Part shown: positions 54,325 to 64,000 of the stretch, in pieces | How the letters are laid out: each line of letters starts with the position of its first letter | Numbering within the stretch: the stretch's first letter is position 1 | Assembly: GCA_040285825.1 (NCBI GenBank) | Contig: JAUPSS010000010.1 | Location: 618,881 to 682,880 of the forward strand | Origin: Eukaryota sp. TZLM1-RC | Lineage: Eukaryota; Protista; Metamonada: BaSk clade | Direction: 5' to 3' | DNA length: 64,000 nt | Position numbers and translations under genes: made by a program | Notes under the pieces: generated by a model | What the model was told of the DNA's origin: nothing | The model's input: the letters and a program-made list of their open reading frames with translations, nothing else | Databases searched by the model: none

Positions 54325-55308
54325 ATGACCATTCTTGTCACAGGATGTGCTGGCTACATTGGCTCTCACACATGCAAGTTGCTTATAGAACTTGGAGAAT
54401 CAGTTGTTGGTGTTGATAATCTTGGCAATGGCCATGAAGAATCCTTGTCATCACTAGACATGGTTTTCATCAACGGAGATGTTTGTGATTCACGCTTTAT
54501 TGAAACGGTCATCAAAGATCACAAAGTTGATGCTGTTATACATTTTGCTGCCTTCATTGAGGTTGGTGAATCTGTCCAAGATCCATTAAAGTATTTCAAT
54601 AACAACATCAACAGCTCATTGTCTGTATTAACAGCAATGAAAAACACTGGGTGTAAGCATTTTGTATTCTCTTCTACAGCAGCTATTTTTGGAATCCCAG
54701 AGGTCATTCCCATCCGTGATGATGCTCCAACCAACCCTATCAATCCATATGGGGAGTCAAAGCTTACGGTTGAGAAAATATTAAAGTCCCTCTCACCCAC
54801 TGTTAAATCTGTTTGTCTTCGCTACTTCAATGCTAGTGGAGCTCACTCTTCTGGCGAAATCGGTGAAGCTCACAACCCCGAGACCCATCTAATCCCCCTG
54901 GTTCTACAAGTAGCCCAAGGAAAAAGAGAAAAGATTATGGTGTTTGGTAATGATTACAACACCCCCGATGGATCTTGTGTCCGTGACTACATCCACATAA
55001 TGGACCTTGCTGATGCCCACTACAAAGCCCTTCTGCACCTCCGTAACGGTGGACAAACTGATTGCTTCAATCTTGGTTGTGGGGTAGGATACTCTGTATT
55101 GGAGGTGATTGAAACCGCAAGGAAAGTTACAAACCATCCCATTCCTGCTGAAATTGCCCCTCGCCGTCCTGGAGATCCTGATATCCTGGTAGCTGATTCT
55201 TCTCGTGCTATTGAAGTTTTGGGTTGGGAACGACGCCTCAATGATTTGGAAAAGATCATTGCATCAGCTTGGAAATGGCATAGTGAACATCCCAATGGAT
55301 ACGAATAG
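54325..55308 (+). CDS. galE: UDP-glucose 4-epimerase
   Basis: TGCAGYIGSH, HFAAFIEVGESV, FSSTAA, YGESK, LRYFN, DGSCVRDYIH. Confidence 0.96.
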   Translation: MTILVTGCAGYIGSHTCKLLIELGESVVGVDNLGNGHEESLSSLDMVFINGDVCDSRFIETVIKDHKVDAVIHFAAFIEVGESVQDPLKYFNNNINSSLSVLTAMKNTGCKHFVFSSTAAIFGIPEVIPIRDDAPTNPINPYGESKLTVEKILKSLSPTVKSVCLRYFNASGAHSSGEIGEAHNPETHLIPLVLQVAQGKREKIMVFGNDYNTPDGSCVRDYIHIMDLADAHYKALLHLRNGGQTDCFNLGCGVGYSVLEVIETARKVTNHPIPAEIAPRRPGDPDILVADSSRAIEVLGWERRLNDLEKIIASAWKWHSEHPNGYE

Positions 55309-55640
55309 TTGTTGGTGTTTGATTTAATATTGAATAGGTCTGATTAAATATATAAATGATTTTTGTTTTATTATTGACGATTTTGTTTAACAATGCTAAG
55401 AATATTATATTTCCTTTGTTTCTAAATTGAGTTTGTTCTTGAATTACCTAAATCAAATGTAATTCATTATGAGATTGATGAACATAAATTTCAACTCTTT
55501 CTTCCCAAAAATAATATGAAAATAGTATAAAACTTAATAAAATAAAAAACAATAAAAACTAACTCAGAGTATGTTGAGAATAATTCAATCAATCCCGCAA
55601 CTGAATTAGATATAAACTTTAAGCAAAAAACCAGTTCAAT

Positions 55641-56471
55641 TTACAGCAACGTGTTCCTCATTGCTTTGAACTTCTTGCAACTTCTTTCAGCCGATCTGCA
55701 CAAAACATTTTGTCCAAAGATTGTTGCTCTAATATCACCAACCACAATTTCAAATATTGAATCTTTTTTTGAAATTTTGACAATTTTATATTCATCTCCA
55801 TCATCACACATCTTTGCAATGAGAAAAACATTAGCTCGTTCCTCAATCAAAATTCCTCTCAATCCAATAACGGAAGGTACACGTGATCGCACAACAATCA
55901 AACTGGCACCATGCCAATCAAGTGTGATCAATTTTGAACTTATTGCCTGACTACTCTTGACTTCTTTCAATGATGACGTGGCATAATCCAACCATAAAGA
56001 ATGCATTGAATTGGCAACTTTCTTGCAAATATTTTTTGGACAAGTCAAAAGTCCAGCTTCTCTTGCTAGTTTTGATGGAAGTTTCTTCCTTGGTTTCCCG
56101 TTATTGTTGGGGTTAGGATTGGTGATTTTGACATTATCCAGATAATAAGTCTTGTCCACAACACAATCATGGAATGTGGAGTTCTTGCTGGTGGAAGGTT
56201 CCTGGATAATGTTTTGAACAAGTTTTTCAACGGCTTGGACTGATGCTACATCTCTTTTTATCCGATTGTTTTCATCAATGGGTGAGATGTTCTTCTTTTT
56301 TAGAGGCGGAGGCTGGGTTTCCTGTGTTGTGTATGGAGTAGGTGTTGGCTTTGTTGATGTGGTGGCTTTTGTTGATGTGGTGTGAGATGAAAGGCGGTGA
56401 GTGGATGACGAAGTGGCTTTTGGTTTGCTTTGTGCTAGGATGTGCTGAAGGGCAGCTTTTCTGAAAACCAT
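55641..56471 (-). CDS. POP4: RNase P/MRP subunit Pop4/Rpp29
   Basis: MHSLWLDY..LDWHGA.LIVVRS..PS.IGL.GILIEE..NVF..K..SIF..IFG....R.AERS.KKFK. Confidence 0.88.
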   Translation of the reverse strand: MVFRKAALQHILAQSKPKATSSSTHRLSSHTTSTKATTSTKPTPTPYTTQETQPPPLKKKNISPIDENNRIKRDVASVQAVEKLVQNIIQEPSTSKNSTFHDCVVDKTYYLDNVKITNPNPNNNGKPRKKLPSKLAREAGLLTCPKNICKKVANSMHSLWLDYATSSLKEVKSSQAISSKLITLDWHGASLIVVRSRVPSVIGLRGILIEERANVFLIAKMCDDGDEYKIVKISKKDSIFEIVVGDIRATIFGQNVLCRSAERSCKKFKAMRNTLL

Positions 56472-56574
56472 TCTTATGGATACTATCTATAAAAATAGAA
56501 TGACCAAGGGAGACCAAATGTGTAAGATCTTTTTTGCCAAATACACTGAAGCAAATTCTTGTGTAAATGAAAAC

Positions 56575-56903
56575 TTTGATGTCCAATCTTATTTATGTCC
56601 CTTTGCTTTCTTTGCTCGTTTCTTTAGATAAGGCTGTTATGGCTTTCCTTGAGGATTTCAAGGTAGATGTAAAGGAAAGGACTGGAAGAATTTTCAATCG
56701 TGTTTACTGGCAAAACAGGATTGTATTTTCTATTTTTAAGGGAATGGTAAAACTAATTTCTGATTCACTATCTTCTTTTGGGAAATTTTCTGGATCTTTA
56801 GCAATTAATCGTTTTGATGTAGGGGAGGCAGGTTTTGAGGATGTGGAGTTTTAATTGTGTATTTCATATTTGTTGTTGAATAAAAATAAATAAGATAAAA
56901 AAA
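56575..56903 (+). mobile_element. 3' end of another RLE retrotransposon with A-rich tail
   Basis: VPLLSL..AFLEDF..RTGRIFNRVYWQNRIVFSIFKGM; AATAAA-rich tail. Confidence 0.8.
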
Positions 56904-56939
56904 TCAAAGAAATTCTCTAAATTTGTGGATTCATTTGAA

Positions 56940-57408
56940 AAAGTTCCTGTTCCTAAAGACAACCGTTAGAATGAGGGTCATGACTGTTTGTATCGGAGGA
57001 TGAGGAGAACCCTTCTTCAGACATAATGTTTGTGTTGAGTCAAAACACCTTTATTCAAATAATTTTATTCAAATAATTTTACCACAAATTTTGTAGTGGA
57101 AAACAAGGTCACAAACCTAATCTTAATAAACAAGACAATGAACGTAATACTATAAAGGTCGACAAGCAGTTTCATGGGGTTTGAGGCAGTGTAATCAATG
57201 CAAAACGTTCTGGAATCGAGATAACAATGCTGCTCTAGATATTCTGATGTTGGCTGAACACATTCTGGATGGAAGAGAGAGATCAGAGGTGTTTAAGAAA
57301 CAACAGTCTCAAACCATTGTTGTTGAAATTACTGATGGCAGTCTAAAGGCTGCTGGAAAGGGTACTGAAGGTGCTGGTATAGCTATGTATAGTTTTGAAG
57401 TAACTTAA
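56940..57408 (+). pseudogene. Fanzor C-terminal fragment (Fz-c)
   Basis: HG/LRQCNQCKTFWNRDNNAALDI..GRERSEVF; upstream VCIGG*G resembles IGDW. Confidence 0.7.
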
Positions 57409-57948
57409 GAAATCAAGCTTTTGTCTATTTAGGTTGGTTCTTAGGAGAAAGGCCAAGAGCGAATGTGGTTAGCGTACTATTAATAGTTAGGAACGAGACA
57501 ATTGTAGGTGTAAGGGAGTCAGAAATGTTGTTTCCGCTGACGTTGAGGGAAATTAAGGACACAGGACAAGACAGGATAGTAGAGGTACCAGGGTCACGAA
57601 GGAGGTTGTGAATGTTGTCCTGTCAAGAGTCATTGTTAGGTTGAGTGGTTTCTATTTCAAGATTAAAGAAGTGTCAAGTTGATCCCATTATGAAAATATA
57701 CTCTATACGAACTCATTGAAACAACACGTTTTCTTGATTGGATATGCTAATGTTATCATCTAAAAAACTCCTTCAACTGTAACCTTTTCACGAAAGAAAA
57801 TAGTTGCGGCAGCTTAAATATCACGTATTATAGTGTTTAATTATCATTTTGCTCAGGCTTTGTATTTGTATAGATGTAAGAAGTTGTGAATAAATCAAAT
57901 TTGTATTGTTGACTGTCTGATCTTTTCTCGACTGACATATTTACCCCA

Positions 57949-59867
57949 ATGGCAAATCCAGAGTTGCCACGTCGAGGGCGTGTACTCCCCTGGGAGGTTT
58001 ACCGTCGTGAGCAACCAATAAATGACAGCAAGACGACAGTTCCAACAAGTGCTGCTCAGTTCTTCTCTACTGCAGCTCTTGTTTCAATGGAAAGACAGTT
58101 TCGCTATATTCAAACTGTCACTGTGCCTACTGCCCGGTTAGCACAGCTGTTCGTCCTGCAGTATCCGGAAATGGCTTTCTGGTTATATCAACAACAGTTT
58201 TGGTATCAATGTCAAGACTTTGTAATGGTACCTCATCCGACTGTAAGACGCCCATTCGAGAATCATATGGAAGTGTACCGCCCACTATATGATGTCTCTT
58301 TCCGACCTGGCTGGCCGTTTCCTCCTATTGGCTTTCAGAAGGGAACCGACAACTGGTGCCACTCTGACATTAGCAGCTTTCGCGCACTGCAAATGGCGAA
58401 CAGCTTTTGTCAAATACTTACTGATGGCCCTGTCTCCTGGAAGCTGAACTTCTTCCGGACAATGGATACCTTCTTTGAGTGCCCTTGCCCAAAGAAATAT
58501 TCTTCATTAGTGGTGAACACGACTGCAGCCACTATTCCTGACTCTTTGCGCGCATGGTTTGATGAAGGTCACCATGAGTACATAATGGACCTATTTATTC
58601 AGCAGGTTGCCGACCCTCATCGTTTTGACGCTATGTTGATGCTCGACAATGTTAATCTCAATCCAGACAACATCACCTTCTTATTCACTGCTGAGCTAAA
58701 TATTTTATTCTTTCTGGAAAATATTGCATCTGACACCATGCGAAGAAATGCCGTGTCCCCATCCCCCAGTTATTCACCTGGCTTTATCTCTTTTAGTCAA
58801 CAACTGGAAAAGCATTTTCTCTCTTTTAATGCCAACCGCTGTCTGCTGAAAGATCCGTTTGCCTTTTTCAGAAAAAAGAAGTATCTGCCTTACACAATCA
58901 GTTCAGATGCTGTTTCAATCCGCTTCACTTTTTCTTTTGCCCCCAAAAAAAATAAGAATCGCCGGACAGCCAGAGAATTGGCAACCACCATAGCCAGTGG
59001 TTAACTCGATATACCTGCAAAGAGTCGAAAGCGAAACTCTAGACTTCAACAACAGGTCCGTCCAAGGCAACGTCGAAGAACTGACGACGCCTATGAGCCT
59101 CCACCAGTTGATCCAATTGAACATTCATTTTGTGCAATTGAATCTAATCACAAAAATTTGTGTGGTTATTCAAATTTTGTGGATCAAGAATTGATAATAA
59201 CAATGTTGATCATCAACTTTCGTGCCTTGTTCTGAATCCAAACGCAAAGAAGATCATTCACTCCCCGGTCCTGACCCATGCATCACCAAATTGCTATTTT
59301 GCTAAGAATTTACACAAATATCTTAATGAAATAGCAATGCCTTTGATGTGGGTACCGACACAGGAAGAAATCAGCAATCCCGACTTCCGTCCGAGAACTA
59401 TACTAGACCAACTGCTAATATATGGAGATCGCCGAGCCCTGCGCCGCAACAAGTTTGATTTCTTTATAAGAAGGCAAAAAAGGATAATGGGATTAATTGA
59501 AAAAATTAAACTAATGGCTAATGGAAGAGAAACCATAATTTGGTTTGGTAGTGGAGGTGATGGGCCATCAAGACAATCTGTGAAAACCCCAAGGAAGCGC
59601 TTTTTGAAGGAGATTCAGAAAGATTTTACATATGTGAAGCCTAATGGAGATGAATTCTACACATCTGCCAAAATGAATTGCTGTAAGGTATTCAATCAAA
59701 AGTTGTATCACGATGATGGGATGGTGCACAATGAAAAGTTTGTTTGCAATCAATGTCAGACACTCTGGTCGAGGGACATCTCGGCTTCCAGAAACCAGCT
59801 GGAGATTGCCATAAGTGAGCACTACTACAATGAAAGACCTGAGGCGTTCCGGAGACCACGTAGATAA
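57949..59867 (+). pseudogene. Fanzor (TnpB-like) copy Fz-a2, ~640 codons, one in-frame TAA (59002-59004) and one frameshift (~59190)
   Basis: TISSDAVSIRF, IIWFGSG, GDEFYTSAKMNCC, CNQC..WSRDISASRN, ERPEAFRR. Confidence 0.82.
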
Positions 59868-61149
59868 GTGTTTTTCCATGTATTGCGTACCTGTACGCGT
59901 ATTGTGATGTTGCTACTTTAACTATCATTTGATCGTGATATCATATAGTGATAGAACTAAAGTAAGCTTAACGTCTATCAAGATTGCATGAATTGGTCAA
60001 AAGCCAGAAGTGCGTTTTGATAGAAATTCACAGTAGAGGTGCCATGTCATTGCCAATTTCATCTTGACGAGTTCATTATGTAAACTCTTCACATTACCAT
60101 TTCATATAAACTCTTCTTATTTGTGGCTTAAGATCGTCTAGATCCCACTTCATTGCATCATTTTGTTTCTGAGGTGTTGTTGTAGATCTTTCAAAAATGC
60201 ATCGAATATTCTCTCATCACTATCCATAAAAAGTAACCCTCTTGTTGCTGTATCGGTTTCTTCTAGTTATGTTTATTATCATTATTACTTGTTATGTTCT
60301 TTTGCGCTCTTCTTTCTACCATCGCAACGTAATAGGTGTTGTTATCCTCAAGATACTCTTTGTCTAGATCATCTCCTCTTTGCCAATCCCTTTGAATGTC
60401 CCTTTTAGACTTCTTTTCAGCATTACCATCTGTTTTAATGATTTGAACACAACCTTACCTTTTGGTCTGTGTCTGTTTTATTTTCGTTTTATATAGAAGG
60501 TCTCGTATCTCTTAATTAGTTACTGGTTGTTCTGTATTTAAAGTCTAGGTTCTTCTTTATTGAACAAAATTATACCATAGCCATTTCAATATTGTTGTTT
60601 CTACTATGTTTACCCCTCTTTTTTGGTTAACTTGACTTTTTGCTGTCTGAATTGATCTTCCTCTACCATCAGTGGCCCACTGTCAGGGAAAGTCAAGAAA
60701 ATTCATGTTGCAAAAGATTGTCTCTTCTTATAGTAATTCATAGAATGCGAAATTGGCAAATCCTTGGCTTTACATAAAGTACAATTTTCAGATGATTCAC
60801 CAAACAATAAAGGAACTTTCAGCAATGGAATAATTTTATTATTTGCAGGCTTGTATAAAGGCTTCGAAGGCATTGTCGTCAAAAAGCGATGTGTATTTTT
60901 GCAATGTATTCAATGAAAAGAGATTTTTTGAAGAATTATCCAATGTATGCACAAAGTTGCTCCTGTTTCCTTCTTTCCATCAACAGTTAGTTTTTGCAAA
61001 AGTCAAGATAAGAAGTCAAAATTTTAAAGAAATCAAAATTTTGCACTAAATTTCTTTGAAATGAATTTGACATCAATTGCAAAACGATTGAACACATTTT
61101 GAAATAAAAATTTCTCAGAATCATCTAATTATAAATCAAAAGTAATAAC

Positions 61150-62540
61150 AGCAGACAATAATGAAAGAGCATAGGCAATATCACAAAGACTTGCCCAACT
61201 ACTGATCCCAATTGCACCTAGATTACATGTAATGAAATTGATTCTTTATATGAAAAAAAACCAACGAGTCCTAACAAGTAAGTCAAAAATTCAGCATGAC
61301 ATAAAGAACAATTCAACAAACTGATATTAAGATTCATTGTTCTGCACCAATACATTACTTCAATTACTTTAGTTTCAATTACTTTTCGATTACTTTAGTT
61401 TCAATTACATTACTTTAGAGTTCATACAATTTTTTATCATTAAAAGTAGATTTTGTATATTTAAATTTGAATTTTTTGGTAATAGAAAAAGTACTTCATT
61501 TTTGATTTTTTCTTCTTCTGAAAACTTGAATTCAAAAGCATCATCAGTAAGTGGTACATTCAACGCTTCAAAATTTTGATTGATATTGAAAATTTTGGTT
61601 TTTCTATTATTAACTTCATGGTTGATTTCCTCACATAAATCAACCTTTTTGTTTAAAATTGGTTCAACCAGATATCTTTTTTGGATTAGTATATAAGTAT
61701 CATCAGCATAAGCTATTGCCTTTACTCCTGTCCAACTATTCATTATTTTGAGAAAGCCCAAACTACCAAGACAATAGAGAAATGATGACATATTATCACC
61801 TTGCTCCACACCATTTAAACTATCAATAATTTTAGTTCTAAAAAATAAGTTGGAAGGTCTGGCATAAGACCAATTATAAAATGCAAAAGATTTAGGGTAA
61901 CTATCTGCTTTTCAATGTCTAAGCAGACGACCAAGATACGGAACTCACTGCTGTAAATGTTAGAGTATCGTTTTTGATACGATAGATGTTTATGCAAAAT
62001 TAAGGAGAAACTATTTGAACACTAAAAAACAACTACCTACCAACATTGACGATCTTCTCTTTTCTTTTAAAGTATATAATTAAACGCACTGTGGCATTTA
62101 AAGCTATTCTTCAAAATGATACAACTAATTTCATCTGCTACCTCATTCCATCCAAATTGGCCAAAAAGTATCTTTGTTTCAGTGTAAAAACCCCAAGGGA
62201 CATTGTAAACAAAAGGTACAATTTCGCTTATTAAATTTAATTCTTTCAAAATTGAATTTTTTGAAAGCTTGTCAGAATATATTTTCAACAACGTATTATT
62301 CCATTAATTATCATAACCTCCAACTATGGTAACATCAGGTACAAAATTTGTTGCAGTTTAAAAGTCATCAACACGAACAAACTTATTTCAAACAAATTTA
62401 AATTTCTTCTCAGATTCAAAATCATTTAATTCAGTGATAAAATGATTCTCTTCGTCGTGTCGTTTTGTAAACATCCTAGAGATCTGTCTACATTGAAACG
62501 AGTGATTTAAGCTATGATTATTTAAGCCATGATCTGAGGA
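61150..62540 (-). mobile_element. Old fragments of a further RLE non-LTR family (RT ~61150-61990; RLE end of another copy ~62050-62540)
   Basis: GVEQGDNMSSFLYCL and AYADD; NHSFQC..KRHD..VPDVTI and IVPFVYN. Confidence 0.65.
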
Positions 62541-63624
62541 CTACACTTGTCTTGTGTCCCCATTGTGGTTCTGTTGTTCTCTCCATTGCAAACCACATTG
62601 CCAAAACAAAATGTGCGAAAGAACATATTTATTCACATTTGACTTTGTTTTTTGATTCTTCAAAGTCGAAAAAGAAGACTACTCAATTTAATTCGTTTCA
62701 CTCTGCCACAGATTCAAATCGAAAAAGTATCCAATCTGAGTCAGTTGATTTGGTTACTGACCCCAATACCTTTTCATTCACTCCTCAGAAGCTTTAATTT
62801 ACACTAATGGATCAAAAACCAGGGTTTGGAAATATTACATTTGCAATGTATTCATTACCATAGGGTATCAGTACAATAATATTGCGTGGTTACCAAACAA
62901 ATACAGTATGATTGTTGGTATTGTACTGGAATGTATTGACAGACATTTAAACCATGATGAAAATACCCAAATCAGCGTGAACATTATATATAATAAAATC
63001 AAAACACAAAAATACCCATTAATATGGTTATTCTGAGTTCGGGGGAAGAAAGATCTCAATTTGAAGATCAAAAGTATAACTGTTGATGTGTCTACTCGTA
63101 TGCATTCTGCAAATTTGATGCCAGAAGCTAATGTATAAAAAGTGGATGCTGTTGACAATACCACTACTTACACTGAGGATAAAACCGCCAAAAAGAAACG
63201 TTTCACTGACAATGAATCAGGCGAATTCCGAGAGGTGAAAAAATTCTTACGTGACTTTTCTTAAGTAACAAAAGGATTGTGTCAAACAAACAACAGTACA
63301 ACTTCGTTTTATGCGATCCACTTGATCCAGATAATTAAAACAATGTGTTTGCACATGCAGAGTAAGTTTGATGATTATCTTCCCCATGTTTATAACTTTT
63401 CGTAGTATGTTTCAGTTATTATAGACCCTAAAATTAATAGAGACAATGTAGCTGAACTGCTAATCAACAATTTGTACCATCAGGGTCTGGAATACGTGTC
63501 AGAAAGTGACTGTACTGGCTGTTGTGAGGAGAAAGCTAAAGAAACCAAAAAGAAAGGCAGTTCATTGATATTAGCTCGTTTTCGACTGCAATTGAGCAAT
63601 ATTAAATTTGCAATTAAATAAATG

Positions 63625-64000
63625 ATTCAGATTGATAAGCTGACCTCAACGACAAATCAAATCATTTGGCACACTGCATGGCCACAGAAAACACCTCATT
63701 CTTAGTGCAGTTGTCGATTGATGATCACTTAATAATAAACCATATACATTTGGAATCTGGGAAATGAGACAACTTGAGCTACTTTCCTTAAGATTAATTA
63801 AAAAGTTGCAAAACCGGAATTTTTTTGTTTAGTCAAACTAAGACGAACAGTAAAATCCAGGTTTTCAAAAACTTTTAATATCTTTTTTCTGCAATTTAGC
63901 ATATGCAAATCTTAAGGAAACCAAACTTCTGGGTGGAATTTCTTGAATATCGGCAGGAAAGCATTTGGACCAGATGTGAGGAGAAAGGCATTCAATTTCA
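63625..64000 (-). mobile_element. Family D RLE retrotransposon fragment
   Basis: Reverse complement matches 48149-48310 (CCAAATGTATATGG..ATGAGGTGTTTTCTGTGGCC) and extends further 5'. Confidence 0.8.

Noticed and set aside
59002-59004. TAA/TAG reassigned to Gln (hexamitid- or ciliate-type code) to rescue the Fanzor ORF
   Set aside because: Host genes end in TAA (Ariadne, POP4, WD40) and TAG (galE) at the expected positions and have no internal TAR; the Fanzor also has a frameshift.

Overview
AT-rich DNA from a microbial eukaryote: standard genetic code, 32-35 nt GT-AG introns, and apparent long-read homopolymer errors. The first ~13.5 kb is an array of one young CRE-like non-LTR retrotransposon (RT plus restriction-like endonuclease; 'family A', 6 copies, one full-length). 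Its 3' ends run into (TAAA)n tracts of up to ~1.2 kb. Most copies sit head-to-tail on truncated older copies, as in retrotransposon-built telomeres. 13.5-24 kb is a ~3.49 kb unit of nested retroelement debris repeated ~2.7 times, plus an inverted partial copy. A degenerate Gypsy gag-pol follows (24-28 kb). The rest mixes host genes (Ariadne RBR E3, ThrE-family exporter, WD40 protein, bacterial-type galE, POP4, a CBP20 pseudogene) with two short-LTR elements, a MULE relic, a TTAA-flanked MITE and four Fanzor (eukaryotic TnpB-like) loci. Two of these belong to a divergent family lacking the RuvC-I Asp in both copies. A third is joined in frame to a PolB 3'-5' exonuclease remnant. All assignments come from reading motifs by eye; no searches were run.
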